Shown one piece after another: positions 1 to 14,360 of a DNA stretch of 64,000 nt. Below the pieces are notes generated by a model that saw only the letters and a program-made list of their open reading frames with translations, did no database searches and had not been told where the DNA came from. Position numbers and translations under genes: made by a program. Source of the DNA: Callorhinchus milii (Eukaryota); the NCBI RefSeq assembly GCF_018977255.1, contig NW_024704742.1, forward strand, positions 101,434,001 to 101,498,000. The letters are read 5' to 3'. Numbering within the stretch: position 1 is the first letter of the stretch; each line of letters opens with the position of its first letter.

Positions 1-259
1 GATTCAGAAGGGGTAGGTCCGAACGGGGGTGGAGCAAGACCATGGAGGGTTTTAAAAGGGATGACGAAGATCCTGAAATCAATCCTGGCAAATGTGGAGT
101 CAATGAAACTGGGTGAGGATGGGGGTGATAGTAATAATTATTTCAACTCACAATACCCTCCTTGCAAAGAAAGGAGGGTACATCCTAAAGTTTGAATTCG
201 TAGTTGGCAAAAAAATCGTGTTAAATCAAATCATTAAGTTGCTAGTCATAAATACTGGA

Positions 260-420
260 CCTCAGTTTGGAGGAATGGCACTTCGGACAATGCAGTATCC
301 CTCCCCCCTCCTTCAGTAATGGAATGTCAGTCTAGACTATGAACTCAATGTCTCCCACATGGTATTTGAACTCACAATCTTCTGACCAGAAGTGGAAGTT
401 TTGCCAACTGGGTCCTACCA
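260..420 (-). mobile_element. Old tRNA-headed Deu-type SINE, 5' part
   Basis: Similar to the reverse complement of the heads at 24940, 26140 and 43010. Confidence 0.6.
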
Positions 421-469
421 AATCATCCACATTTTGAAAACAAAATTAGTCACCTTTTCCCTTTGAACT

Positions 470-1025
470 TCATCTATGCTTTTATCATGTCTAGGCTTGA
501 CTATGGCAACAGTCTGCTCACTGGACTTCCCAGATCTTCCCTACACCAGCTGCAAACTATCCAGAACTCTGCAGCCCGTGCCCTCTCCTGCACCCGGCTC
601 CAGAACACGACCACCTCTATCCTTGCTCAATTCCATTGACTCCCCACACCCCAGTAGACTGAGTTCTAATTATTACCTTTAGATCCCTCCACAGTCTCTC
701 CAACCTCTGTGATCTCCTTCAACTATACCAACCTGGCCGCTCCCTTCACTCACCGAACACTAGCCTTCTTCATATCCCCTGCCTATCCATCCCACTATCA
801 GTTGCTTTCAGCCATTCTGTCCCTGCTCTTTGGAACTCCATCCTGAAGTCCCTCTGACTCACTCCCTCCTTCACCTCTTTCAAGTAATGTCTCAAAACGT
901 ACCTCCTTCACTTTGCATTCAGTCATCTTTTGCCTCCCCTCCTACCTCTTCTCCCCAGCCAGCAGTGTGAGTGCACTTTGGGATATCCTCCCAATGTGAA
1001 AAGTGCTATATAAATGTAAATATAT
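470..1025 (+). mobile_element. Degenerate L2 LINE 3' end
   Basis: Resembles the SRLDY..QNSAAR..LHWLP region and tail of the young copy at 58694-59555. Confidence 0.85.
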
Positions 1026-1169
1026 TATAATTGTATATAACATATTAAAGCAACAAACAAACAGTTTAACTACTAGGTCTGATATTCAGTACAACATAGA
1101 AAAAATTACCCTACGAATAAGCCTATGAAAACAGAATTATTTAAGGTGTACAAATAAAGAGAGAATACA

Positions 1170-2570
1170 TGCTTTCATACCAATGATGAGGTCATGAGAG
1201 TGGAAGTGTTAGGCAGGTTGAAAAGGATTGAAATGAGACTTTAAACATTAATCATAGAGTGGGAGCTTAACATGCATTTTCAGGAAGAAAGTTTAAGGAA
1301 TTAATATGGTCTGTTGAAATAAAGGAGTGCCCCAAAGGTCGTTGGAAGCATTGGTGAGCGTAAGAATCTGACGTTAGATAGAGAAGGTGAAGTCATAGTG
1401 AATTGGGGAATGGACATTCATGATGTCAAAGGAGATCAATAGACTGAGTTAGAGCCAGCACGTCATAAGAGAGAGAGGAGCTAATTGTCAGTAGCATGTG
1501 AAGGTTTGACAACTAGTATCCAGGATATGTTGGCCTCAAGTATTAAGTAAGGTTGCCACACAGAACTGTAGTCTGGTTGCAAGGAAATAAGGCACTTTTA
1601 CTGGACATAGTAAAAGGGGACATGTTACAAAAGAGATTTGGGAATATAAAAAACATTCTGATTTCAAGTGATTTTGAAATAATGATATATGGGGTGGACC
1701 TGGATAAATTGTCACAAACAATTGTTTTATTTTACTTCATTTTTAACGAGATTTGTTCAATTACTCTGGAGTTTATAAAGAGCTTAATACATCTTTGTGC
1801 ATAGGAGATCATCAGTTTTTTTTTCATCTTACTGATACTGATCAAAAACCAATGTAATAGAACGTCCTTTTCCAAGTGATGAATGTTTTGATCCTTTGGT
1901 GACTGCAGTTTGGATGCTATTAAAGGGAAAGATTCACTGCATCACTCATAAATACAACAAACAAAACGGGTCCAAATGAAACCATGCAGTTTGACACTGG
2001 AGGAAATTAAACATATTGTCAAACAGTTCATTTGTGAGGAAGCATTGAAACTAGTTTAATAGTTACAGGGAAAAGCTAGAACATGAGCCCATTAATAGTT
2101 ATTTGATCAAAGGCCTGTGACAAGCCAAGGATAGAGAAAATAAATTCAATACTTAGCATTAATATAATTGCCAGTCAAAGTCGCAGCAAGAGGAGTTTAC
2201 TGTCCTGGGGAAAACTAAATTGGTGTTTGTGGACAAAGGAAACTATTGACTTCAAAGGGATGAGAGCTTCTGCAATGTGCAGAGTTTCAAGAGATTTACT
2301 GATGGGTCAGTAATTACTGTATGTAGGTTGAATTACAAATTTTGAGGCAGATTTATATAACAGTGATGGAGCACATTTCTATTCTACCAGGATATTTTGT
2401 ATTGTAATGCAAAGGGGAAAGAGAACTGTCAGGGGTGAGAAACTGAATGAGAAGTAGGTTTAATCATATGTCAATTGATCCTATTTGATCACTGACTATA
2501 ACTTCTAATTTGCGTTCTTATTGTAAAGTGGAGTTAAAACGGAAGGTGTGCAATCATTGGAGTAAAATTA
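1170..2570 (-). mobile_element. Highly decayed L2-like fragments
   Basis: Patchy reverse-strand similarity to the L2 RT region. Boundaries approximate. Confidence 0.45.
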
Positions 2571-2954
2571 ACACTGATAATTTATTACAGTGAAACATCT
2601 CAAAAACGTGATAAGGCTCTATATCAAATATAATTATTATTATCATTACACATAGCTGATTGTTTTCTTACAATAGTGAACAATGAAGTCTAAAATTCAA
2701 TATTCATAAACCAAATCATTGCCATTATTCGCGATTTCTAGAATGTGAGCATAGAGCTAAAGGGAGTTCAGCCTCTTCACCCCCCCAAATCTATCTCCCA
2801 GCTCACCAAAGATTCTCCAGGTGGACTAATGATATGTTGCAGCCAGAAAGGATACTTCTCTCAGCATATAACAAGATATGAAGTAAACCAAGTGAAGCAT
2901 TCAATGAAGTGAATGAGCGGTTCGATTCTGTGCCAGGATACACACACACATACT

Positions 2955-3190
2955 CGATTGGTGGATTTCTTTCTGAGGTAATAATCCCTTTAAAAAATTC
3001 ATATAGATAATAATAATTTAGTCACTCAACCTACAACTGTTTGTGGGACACTGTTGTGCGCAATTGACTGCCACGATTTGCCCACAAAATATACAGTCAA
3101 TTCATTTTACAGTATATTCTGTGAAGCGCTTTGAGACGTCTCAAAGACGTGATAAGGCGCTATATCAAATGCAAGGATTATTATATATTA
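2955..3190 (+). mobile_element. SINE 3' portion
   Basis: Matches the body and tail of the full SINE at 49793-50163. Confidence 0.9.
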
Positions 3191-3199
3191 TTATATAAC

Positions 3200-3720
3200 A
3201 AGAGAGGGGAGGTGACTGTAAATACAGTTGAAGGGGAAGGTCTTTACTTTGTCTCCACAAACAGCTTTTCCTCCAGCCCCCACACAGGCTTGTGAGGTGT
3301 TTCTCAGGGCTTTGTCTTTGATCCTCTCCTCTTCAATTTGTACGTGCTCCCTCTTGGTGACATCATCTGCAGACATCCACAAACTTCCACATGTATGCGG
3401 ATGACACCCAACTCTATCTCTCTGCCTCCACTCTCGATTCCAGGACCACTATTGTCCTGACAGAATGTCTGTCAGACATTAAGTCAACCATACCCAGGCC
3501 CTCCTGCTTGGCTCCCATCAGCGCCTCCACGCCTCAGGCACTGGCAGCATCACCATCCAAGGATGCACACTACACCTCACTGAGCCAGTCCAGAATCTTG
3601 CAGTCTTGTTGACCATTAACTGTCCTTTCTACCCCGCATCCATGCTATGACCCACTCGGCCTTTCCCCACCTCTGCAACATCGCCCGGATCCGCCACTGT
3701 CCCCTCCTCCTCAGGCTGTC
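3200..3720 (+). mobile_element. L2 reverse transcriptase fragment
   Basis: ORF 3391-3612 begins [11 protein letters not shown] (RT YADD motif). Confidence 0.9.
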
Positions 3721-3765
3721 GAAACCTCTTGAAGATGTGATAAGGCACTATCTCATTTGCAAGGA

Positions 3766-3768
<3 letters not shown>

Positions 3769-3808
<40 letters not shown>
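3769..3808 (+). repeat. (ATT)n microsatellite expanded from a SINE tail
   Basis: About 13 ATT units directly after a gcaagg SINE end. Confidence 0.9.
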
Positions 3809-3810
<2 letters not shown>

Positions 3811-3897
3811 CTTCTGATGAGTTCCAGTAAAAGACCTTTGTTAAGCCGTTTTAAGGTTTAGGCCTCACTTCAAGCAGGGTAGATTCATATGGATCAG

Positions 3898-4488
3898 CAC
3901 AACAACAACTTGCACCTATATAGTGCCCTCCATTCAGGGTAGCGTCTGAGAGCACTTAACAGTGGTTGAGCATGACTCTGAGCTGGGGGGATTTGGAGTG
4001 AGGTAGCCGTAAGCACGGCCGAAGAGGAGACTTGAAAAAGGGAAAAGAGGGGGCAAGGCAGAGGGATTGAGGGAGAGTGTTTCAGAGTTTCGAGGCGTAG
4101 TGGCTGAAAGCACGACCTCCAATGGCAGGGCGGAGAGTGCAAGGGACAAGCAGGAGGCTAGTGCCAGTTGAGTGGAGGTGCCAGGCGGTGGATTGGTGAG
4201 TGAGGAGTTCGGAGAGGTAGGGAGGTGCCAAAGCGTGAAGGGATTTGAACACAAGTGTGAAGATCTTGAAGTCAATCCATTTAGTGATAGGGGTCAGTGG
4301 AGCCTGGCCAGAACTGGTGAGATGTGGGTACGGAGTTTGGTCTGGGTCAGTAAGTGGGTGACAGAGTTCTGAACGAGCTGGATCTTTTGAATAGTGGAGC
4401 AGGGGAGATCGTCAAGGAGTGCATTTGAGTAATCCAAGTGGGAGGTGACAAACGCATGCACGAGGGTTTCGACTGCATTTGGGATCAA
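3898..4488 (-). mobile_element. L2 LINE 3' fragment
   Basis: ETLVHAFVTSHLDYSN...LARLH peptide and (TGT)n tail. Confidence 0.9.
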
Positions 4489-6089
4489 TATTATTCAAAC
4501 CATATGTGTTTATACACTTAGAGTAAAGAATGTGTCAATAGTCATCATTTAAGGAAGGGGATTAAAAATATGAATTAAAAAGTGAGAAGCACATTATGTA
4601 TATCCCATATATTTTTGCACATTTATTGCTGTGACCTCAACAGACTCCACTATCTTCCAGCAATTGCAGATTGACATTACAATCCTTTGTCTTAGCTTTT
4701 AAATTCCTTCAGGTCCTTGCCCCTTTTTATTCCTGCAAGCCCTATACTCCTGCTCGTACCCTCCACTTATCTGCTTCTAGTCTATTCTTCATTCCTCACT
4801 CCTCCATCCCACCACTGTGGACCACATCCACAAAGTACCCATGGCTCTAGAAATCTGTTTCATAATCTCTGCTTTACTTATTCTTTATTTGCCTGTAAAA
4901 CCCTCTCAAAATCATAACCTCTCTTCGATTGTGGTTTTCGTTAACATCTTCAATTTCCCCTTCTCACCAACTCTATCATATCTGTTCAGCGCTTAAAGTC
5001 ATTCATCCTATGTGATAAATGGTACATAAGAACACATTGTCCTTCCTACGCCATTGTTATTAACACTTTCAGCACCACATCCTTGTAACACAAGTCTTAA
5101 CATTATGCATAACAATTGCATTGTTAATCATAACAGAGTGTGTAAAAAAAACTCCAGAATTTACAACATCCATATCCAAATTAGTTTAAAAAAAAGGTGG
5201 GAAAAGGGTAGAAAAAATTTATTTTAAAGTGAAATAATTAGATTATTTATTGAAAATAGACAAGATATACTGAGTTTTGATGTGGCCACATTGGCAAGCT
5301 TATTTTCATGTGACTATGCCAGCTAGAATCTGAACGATACTTTATTTGGAGAGAAGACCAAATGTTATTGAGGTCGACAAGGTATTTATTTTTGAATTTC
5401 TAATTTCTCGCACCACTGAGATACAGTCATTTGTTTGTTCCCTGGTGATATGGGATCTCCTTTCTGTGCCGTGTGGGAGCACAGTTGCTCTGTCAGATTA
5501 ATAGGTCAACATCCCAATTCAAACAGAAAATATTAGAGCTACATTTCATTATCATTTAGAAAATGATGTTTCTATTTAATGCACAAAAAACATAAATAGC
5601 ATCACAGTAGGAGATGCTTGTGATATGATACAATGATGATAATCAAATTCTTGTTTATTCTCGATTAACTTTTCTAAGTGCCACTTCTTCTCCTATATAA
5701 AAAAAGGTCCTAAATGCCCTGCCTCTGAGTAATGACTACAATACAAAATTACATTTGCATAATGCCTTTCACATAGGGAGGACTTCCCAAGGCGCTGAAA
5801 ATGATTGCATATATTTATTATTGAACAAAGTAGAACCACATGAGCAAATATTTCCTTTTTGAAGTTCCATGGCTTCTGATACTACACAAGAAAATAATTA
5901 AAAGTGCACAGGAACATTTTGTTAAAATATTGACCAGCAGCAGCTCTGAATTTGTACAGGAGAGTATTTGATATTTGACAGAGCATCAAGGATAAGTCAT
6001 GACCACAAAATATACAGTCAATCCGCTTTACAATATATTCAGTGAAGCGATTTTAGACTCTCAATGACGTTGTGTGGTACTATAGCAAA

Positions 6090-7040
6090 TGCAAGGTTTG
6101 TTTATTATTTATTATTGATGACAGTAATTAGCAACTGGATGAAAAGAAGGAAACAAGCTAATTGGACAGGGAGTAAAGTTGAAATGGGGGAGCTACTGAG
6201 TGGGTACATCAGCGGTCTTTATTATGACCCCTTCTGTTTCTACTATACATTTGTAGACTCAATGTGGAGCAGTTGAATTTGTAGATGATTAGGGGATTTA
6301 ACGGTTCTAGTCAAGATCTTACAAAGAAAGATTGATAGGATATGAATTGGCAATTGAAGTTCTGTATAGGTAAATTTATGCAAAACTAAAGAGACACAGG
6401 CATTGCATGGATGGGATAGAAACTGCCAATGGATAAATTCTTGAAAGAGAATCTAGGTATTGCAAGGAATCCAAATGCAAAAAAAATTATATTTATTATT
6501 CATTGCTCACTTTGTGCAAACAGTGTAAGGCAGAAATGTATGAGGAGAACAAGTTGATGGGCTTCAATCCCTAATCAGATGAGTTCATATCCCCAAAAGC
6601 CTTGCTGCACAGTGTTTAGGTTAGGCCACACTGTATGCAGCTTTAATTGCTACATTTATAATGGGGCCCATCAAAGTACTAGAGACACCACAGAGGAAAG
6701 CAATCAGGGTGGTCTCTAGTGAGTATCACAAGTTATGAAGAGTGACTAGATAAGTAAGGCTTCTTTCAATCTCAAAAAAAATCATCTAGGAGGAGACCTC
6801 TAAGATGCTAAATGAGATAAAGAAAGGAAGCCCATTAGAATACTTTCTAATACTTCAAAGACAGGAAGGCATAGGCTCAGGATTAAGAAAGGTTACTTTA
6901 GGCCAGATACCAGAACATATTACGTACAACAGGTAGAATGGGTTATCAGGAAGGTAGAGGCAATGACATTTAAGAAATGGTTTGTTACTGAAATGGGAAG
7001 AGACTAGGGTGAGTATGCTGGAAGGATGAGATCAGTTGTT
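6090..7040 (+). mobile_element. Old CR1-like LINE fragment
   Basis: Degenerate similarity to the CR1 RT C-terminus seen at 31310-33175. Confidence 0.6.
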
Positions 7041-7224
7041 ATGATTTTGGCAATGGCACTGGCAATGTTTTACATTGAGATCCTGGAATAAGAAACATTC
7101 AGTAATAGTTCCTAAAACTGCTAACATTTGGTTTTCTAATGGGAAATGTCATCATAAGCATACACTTGCAAACTCATACATTTACTACCAAAGGGCGAGT
7201 AACTCCGCTTATATACAGTGTGAG

Positions 7225-7515
7225 TGTGAAACGTTGGGGAAAGTTTCCTTACTCCACACGCCTCTGTTTACCTAGCAGTAAGTAGGAACCATGTTGTTAG
7301 TCGGTTGGAGGATCGATTTTCCAGGGGTAATACTTTCTTTAAAAAAATTGGTCACTCAATCCACGACTGTTTGTGGCACACTGCTATGTGCAATTGGCTG
7401 CTGCGTTTCGCCCACAAAATATACAGCCAATTAACTTTACAGTATATTCTGCGAAGCGCTTTGAGTCATCTCGAAGACATGATAAGGCGCTACATCAAAT
7501 GCAAGGATTATTATG
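7225..7515 (+). mobile_element. tRNA-derived SINE, long subfamily, 5'-truncated
   Basis: Matches 49793-50163, including the gtttacctagcagtaagtagg segment. Confidence 0.9.
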
Positions 7516-7519
7516 AAAT

Positions 7520-7735
7520 TTTACCAGTCATGGTCTGTAACTCAATTTTGTCTTAAAACTTAAGATTGTGCAGAACTGGGTAAAAATGCTTCAATTCATT
7601 CTTAATTTGGTAGTCAGTTTTCCATAGTTCTATTTAAAAAAAGGCTAAAGTTCAGATTTTTCCACAATCCTGCAGCAATTTTAAATGCTAAGGCAAAATC
7701 GTCATTCGGGCTAAGACTAAACAGATTACAGGTAT
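7520..7735. mobile_element. Palindromic MITE-like relic
   Basis: Arms ttttgtcttaaaacttaagattgtgcag / ctgcagcaattttaaatgctaaggcaaaa. Same family as 15194-15477. Confidence 0.6.
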
Positions 7736-8327
7736 ATGATGTTCCCCATATATTACATATAAACTTATAATTTTCAATGTGTGTTAAGCTTATGTTAATT
7801 TGGGCTATCTTTCTATAAGCTTTTTATATGCCGGAAATGAACTATGTTGATATTATTGCAATTTGGAGAGCATTTACAAAGGTAAATATTTAAGAACACA
7901 CGCTTTAAAAATTTTCACATTTACCAATATGGACTCATTTAAAAAGCTCCTTGTTGCTGTAATGTGAAGATGAAATGATGGACATTTTGGAAGGATGCAT
8001 TGTGCTTGATATGTGAGAATAGGAGTCAGGTAGATATAGGTACCATACTATTCAGATATTATATAAAATGCACAATATAGGAAAAACATAATGAATGTAA
8101 ACAAGTGCATTACAGTACATGGAATGAAACTCTACAATTCGTGTTAGGACATTAAGCTAACTGCTTGACTAGGCCTTGTGCATTGATTAGTTTTGTCCTC
8201 TGTCACACAGAAAACTCACTGTGATGCTCATTATTTCTATTTTAAAATGTGGCAGTGACACTAATGCTGCATTAATAATAGATGTTTAGTGGCAATTCAT
8301 CACTGAGTGTGCTTCATAACTGGGGCT

Positions 8328-9620
8328 ACAACAACAACAACAAGATTTCATTTATAGAGCGCCTTTCACGTCGGGAGGACGTCCCAAGGCGCTGGACAGT
8401 TGGGTCAGGACCCAAGCAGGGGGGAAATGGTCAGGGTGAGGGGAAGGAAGGGAGAGAGCGAGGAGGGGATAGAAAGTCGAGAGGGAAGCTGAAGGCATGG
8501 TCAAAGAGAAAGGTCTTGAGACAGGCCTTGAAGGAGGAAAGGGAGGAAGCGGTGAAGGCACTGGGGGATGGAGTTTCAGAGCCTAGGGGCTGAGAGGCCA
8601 AAGGCCCGGCCACCGATGGTAGGGCGGTTGGGGCAGGGGATGCGGAGCAGACCGGAGCCAGAGGAACGGAGGATACGGGCAGGTAAGTAGGGGGATAGTA
8701 GGTCGGAGAGATAGGAGGGAGCAAGGCCATGAATGGCCTTGTAGGTGAGAGTGAGGATCTTGAATTCGATCCTCTGGGGGATGGGGAGCCAGTGGAAGTG
8801 AGCGAGGGTGGGAGTGATGTGGTCGCGAAGCCTGGTGCAGGACAGTACAGGAGCTGCGGTGTTCTGAATGACCTGCAGCTTGTGGAGGGAGGTGCCAGGA
8901 AGGTGGGCGAAGAGAGAGTTCCCATAGTCCAGCCTCGAGGTGATAAAGGCATGGACCAGAGTTTCAGCAGCGTGAGGGGTGAGGTAGTGCCGTAGTCTGG
9001 CGATATTACGGAGGTGGTGGAAGGCGGTGCCAGTTGTGGCGCGGATGTAGGGAAGGAAGGACAGCTCAGGGTCGAACAGAACTTCAAGGTTCCAGACTGG
9101 CTTTGAGAGGTGGAGAGTGCAGCCTTGGATGCTGATGCTGTCAGCGCCTGAGGTGCGGAGGCGCTGACGTGAGCCAATTAGGAGGGCCTCAGTTTTGCGC
9201 ATGTTGAGCTGAAGAAAGTTGTCTCTCGTCCAGGACTCGATGTCAGACAGGCAGCTGTCAGGACATCGGTGGTCGTGGAGTTGAGGGTAGAGGAGGAAAG
9301 GTAGAGTTGGTGTCATCCGCATACATGTGGAAGTTAACCCCATGTCTGCGTATGATGTCACCAAGTGGGAGCACATAGAGGGTGAAGAGGAGGGGACTGA
9401 GGACAGAGCCCTGAGGGACACCACATGAGACAGTGCGGGGACCGGAGGAAAAGCCGTTTTGGAAACAAAATAATAACGGTGGGAGAGGTACGACCTAAAC
9501 CACTCAAGGACAGGGCCTTGAAGGTTGAGGTGGGAGGACAAGTGGTGGAGGAGGATAGCGTGGTCGACCGTATCGAATGCTGCTGATAGGTCGAGGAAGA
9601 CGAGGCTAAGACTGTCATGC
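8328..9620 (-). mobile_element. Young L2 LINE, 5'-truncated (RT C-half plus 3' UTR)
   Basis: ORF 8576-9541 with [28 protein letters not shown]; (TGT)n tail. Confidence 0.95.
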
Positions 9621-9676
9621 TCCTCAGACCACCTGGAGGAGGTGGTTTCAAAAGCAATATGATTTGCAGTACAGTA

Positions 9677-10408
9677 TAATGGATGGCCTTGAAAGGGAGG
9701 ATCAGGATCTTGAATTCGATCCTCTGAGGGATGGGGAGCCAGTGGAGTAAAGTGAGGATGGGAGTGATGGGGTCACAGAGCCTGGTGCGCGAGAGTACAT
9801 GAGCTGCAGAGTTTGGGATGCTTTGTAACTTGTGAAGGGAAGAGTTGGGAAGGCTGATGAGGAGGGAATTTCCATAATCGAGTCTTGGTGTGACGAATGC
9901 ATGGGTGAGGGTTTTGGCAGCCTGAGGGATGAGGCAGGGGTGAGGCACCACCTCCGCAACATTGCAGGGTCTGGCAATGTTGCGGAGGTGGTGGTAGGCA
10001 GTGCTGGTCATGGTGCGGATGTGGGGGTGAAACGACAGTTCAGGCTCAAACAAGACACCCAGGTTCCTAACTGGCTTAGTGAGGTTGAGTGTGCAGCCAT
10101 GGATGCTGATGCTGCCAGCGCCTGAGGTGCGGAGGCGCTGGAGCGAGCCAATCAGGAGGGCCTCGGTCTTGGTGACGTTCAGCTGGAGAAAGTTGTCCCT
10201 CATCCAGGACTTGATGTCGGACAGGCAGTCGGTCAAGTTGCCAGTAGTCCTGGAGTTGAGGGTGGAGGCAAAGAGATAGAGTTGGGGGGCATCTACATAC
10301 ATGTGGAAATTTACTCCATGTCTGTGGATGATGTCACCAAGGGGGAGCATGTAGAGGGTGAAGAGGAGAGGACCGAGGACAGAGTCCTGAGCAACGCCAC
10401 ATGAGACG
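9677..10408 (-). mobile_element. L2 RT fragment
   Basis: [21 protein letters not shown]...HWLPI within ORF 9358-10470. Confidence 0.95.
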
Positions 10409-10419
10409 GTTAAACAAAG

Positions 10420-10526
10420 ACTTGTGGAGTAAGTAAACTTGCCTAAGGTTTCACCCTTCCAGGGAATCAAATCTGGGTCATCTCGCTTGCGAGACGAGCG
10501 TGCTAGCCACTACGCCACAGGAATCC
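10420..10526 (-). mobile_element. SINE tRNA-like head only
   Basis: Reverse complement of the SINE 5' region. Confidence 0.8.
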
Positions 10527-11224
10527 ATATCCAGATCGAAGAATAGACATTTAAATATATTTAGAAACACCACAAAAAGAGGAGCGAAAATTGCATTCTG
10601 ATGCAAATATAAAAACTATGGAATAAATGTTGAATTGGATTCAGAAAGAGCTTTTATTCTTTTATTCAAAGACCTATGAAAGATATAGAACTTTTGGAGT
10701 GATCTGAATGTAAGTTTCAAAGCACCTGACTATTAACATATAATTGTACCAGTGTTTGTAGGTAATATTTGGATACTTATGCAACACAAGAACTTATCCT
10801 GGGAATTTGGATAAAATGGCACCTAACAGTTGTTGTATGAGTTACAGTATTTGCAGTCCCATATTTTATTTACTGCTGTTGCCTTGTGTGTCAGTGCACA
10901 CCAATGCCTCTCTCCTGCCATCATTATAAGGAGGCTCAGGAGAGACAAGCTGGTTATGCATATTCCTGGATTGATGCCATCAAAGTTCGTCTCTGTACAG
11001 CTGGCCAGGCAAATAGTAAATGCCAATGCAGCAGATGGCAGGAGATGATGATTTAGTATCAAAGATGGAATTCCAAAGCAATTCCAGTCATAAAGATCAA
11101 CATTATATAACATCTACACTTCATAAATAACATTTCACATGTCGCAATCTGGTGTAAGTGAATATTGGCCTTAAGACCAAAGAGCACAGTGACTGGAAGG
11201 CATCAATTTAAGATAGTTAGCAAA

Positions 11225-12060
11225 TGAGCATCTGGGAAGATTAGTTAGGAGAAATTGTTTTCATACACAAAATGGTTAGGATATGGAATGCTCTGCCAGG
11301 AGTGACGGTTGAGACAGAATTCATAATAGTTTTCAAAAGAGAAGTATACATTTAACTAAAAAGGAATAAACTACAGGGATATGGGGACAGGGCAGGTCAT
11401 TGTAATATAATAACAGCAGATCAGGCAAAATATGCTTGAATAATCACCGTCAATTCAACTGATATGGAAAAATCTCAGAATTCAGAAGCGGTTCTAATGC
11501 ATGATTAATGGCACACAAACTATTGAATGCCTTTAACCTGCTCACCTCCTCATACCTCAGGCCTCTACCACCCCTTTGTTTGACTGGCTTAGCCTTCTGC
11601 TTATCCCTCAACCCCTCTTCTCCACCATCAATGCTCATGCTTTCAATCACTATGACCTGAACCTCTGGAACTCCCTGCCTCAATCCCTCTGCCTTGCCCC
11701 CTCTTTGCCTATCTTCAGATTTTACCTGAAGACTTTCCTCTTTGACTGTGTCTAGGAAAAGGTAGATGATAGGTCTGCTGCACATAGTGGAGACCACGCA
11801 GTACAAAAATAAGGACAGGAGTGAGATGTATGGCTGTAACAAAGTAAGGCACCTTCAGAACAGGATGTCTCGAGTGCAGTGGCAGTGTTCTTGGAGTGAG
11901 TGGTTGATTGATGTCCATCTCCTCCTTGTACTCCTCCACCTTGAGAACAAATGAGATGAGGGTCCCACACACCATGGAATACCGTAAATCAGGTAATGAG
12001 CACTTAAGGAGTTTGGAAGCAAGGAACAAGTAGACACAGAATCTTTTACTAATGACAGGC
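11225..12060. mobile_element. Cluster: CR1 3' fragment (+), L2 3' fragment (+), old L2 fragment (-)
   Basis: Similarity to CR1 and L2 copies elsewhere in the window. Confidence 0.6.
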
Positions 12061-13639
12061 ACACTGTTAGGTTTTACATGAGTTTTTTTAATTGTAAATT
12101 AATTATTTGAGCAGTAAAGTTTTGTCCTGAGTCATTGGTTCATTACATCTATTCATATTTCATTCACAGATGCATTTCTACAACTTCATCTGTGGGCACC
12201 ACCAACACAATATACATCTGTGCTGTTCCATATATGATATATGATCTTGATGTCACAGATAAAATAAGGCTATTTCCACATTAGAAAACAAAACTCATTG
12301 ATATCGCAAGACCTTTCATGAGCTGGACACAGACACCTATCCAGAAAAAGAGTGGTTTCAAGAACTTTAATGGGCCATAATGTAATGTTATTAAAAGAAG
12401 CTAGATTGAAATCCAGTGCATCCAGTGGCACTTGCATAGATCTCCAATATTGGGTGCAATTTTATTTTAAAACATTATCTCCTCAGCCCCCAGTCAAAGC
12501 AATAAGGAGTGGAAAGTATAAATCAGCCTTTCCACTCCTCACCGCTCTACTGCTGGAAGCGATATCACTTTCAAATTAGACTCATCCCCTTTCCTATTAC
12601 ATCTACCGAACTGATTTTCTGAAGATGAATGTTGTGAAGTAAAATTGAAAAACTGTGCAAACCCAAAGAACATGTCTTAACCCTACCCACACCACAGGTG
12701 AGGTATCTCATCCAGCTACAATGGCTCTAGTGGCAGCCCAAGGGACGGTAAAGATGACAGAATTCATTCAGACACAGCTCTGTCCTGGTCTGATACATTA
12801 TTATATGACAGATTGGTTTTGGACGTGTTTTGAGATAATCTTTTATGTGAAAGGTGCAATACAATAGCAAGTTGTTATTGTTTCTAAATTCATATTGGTC
12901 TTTCAGTGGCTAAAGCAAACAACGTTTGGAGTGTTTTTTTCAGTCAATCACAGGCCAATCGATTGAAGGTTCTCTCGGTGCCAGACTAGATAGAGGGAGC
13001 CAGGAAGAGGAAAAACAAAGAGGGAAAGTTTTCTAATGATTTATTAGAGGAAAAATTGTAAGAACTAACAAATAAGGTAAGATTAGCCAGACAAACGATT
13101 CAAATAATTATATGAAGCGAGAGATTGAGGACGAAAAAAATATTTGTTAAAAACGAGAAGAGAAATTAAACAGAGGTAAATGTTTACAATTGTACATTTT
13201 AACAAAATTCTTCTTAAAAATTGAATTTTGTATGATAATGATTATTACAATCATTGAGCCCCCTTTGATATCTAGGTGACTTTATTACTGAAATATATTT
13301 TTTATTACGTATTGTCACAGTGTACAGTGTTGAGGCGTTAAACCCAAATCCCATCTCCCTGTTGAAGTAGACATTAAACATGCAATAGCACTATTTGAAA
13401 AGAGAAGTATGTCCTGGCCAACAATCCTCCAAATGAAATTAACCATTCACTCCATGGCTGTTTAAGGAATATTGCTGTGTGCAAATTGGGTGCTTTGTTT
13501 GCCTACAAAATACACAGTCACTATACTTTGCAGTCAATCCAGTGAAGCCCTTTGACATATTTCAGTAATGTGATAAGGCTCTTTATCAAATGCTAGAATT
13601 ATATTATCAGAAATTCTACTCTTGTTCATATAAGGCATC

Positions 13640-14190
13640 TAGGCCCGACTACACCATCCAGAATTCTGCAGCTCATGTCCTCTCCCAGACCAGGCTCCAT
13701 GATCCAATCACCCCCACTCTCGCCTAGTTCCACTGGTCCCCAGTTCCTATAGAATAGAGCTCAAAATCTTTGTCCTAGCCTTCAAGGCCTTCCCCGGCTT
13801 TGTTCCATAAGACCATAAGACGTAGGAGCAGGAGTAGACCATTCGGCCCCTCGAGCCTGGCCCGCCATTTAATAAAATCATGGCTGATCTTCTAACCTAA
13901 TCCCATTTACCCACTCTATCCCCATATCCCTTAATCCCGCTATCCTTTAGAATATCCCTTTAGAAGATGATCCTTCCTACCTCTGTGACTGGCTGAGCCC
14001 ACATCAACCTATCCGCTCCTTCTGCTCAGCAGGCTCTGGCCTGCTCCAAGTCCCCCGCCCGGCCCACAGCAGTCGGGCCTTCAGCCTCTCTGCCCCAACC
14101 CTTTTGAACTCCATCCCACATTCCTTTTGTCTCGCTCCCTCCCTTGCCTTCTTCAAGGCACATCTCAAGACCTCCTCTTCAACCGCGACT
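13640..14190 (+). mobile_element. L2 3' fragment interrupted by an antisense CR1 tail (~13807-13950)
   Basis: L2 sequence resumes after the cataagaccataagacgtaggagcaggagtag insert. Confidence 0.85.
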
Positions 14191-14360
14191 CAAAGTCATT
14201 GAGCCTGCCAGCCCTTTCCTATTCACTGTATATTTATGTTCCAATGGGCTGTAACTATATGGTTTACTTTAGATTTATCAGTGTTATTTGCCAGATGTAT
14301 GCCCAGTTAGATGCTGATATAAATGCTTTTACAATTCTCAGTTGGAGAATGGGTTAAAAT

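Noticed and set aside
8431..10470. Long ORFs (248-370 aa) as host genes
   Set aside because: They are L2 RT fragments or their alternative frames; the same applies to ORFs at 57226-59536.
10823..11153. Overlapping ORFs on both strands
   Set aside because: No recognisable product. It could belong to the plus-strand relic, but this is unsupported.
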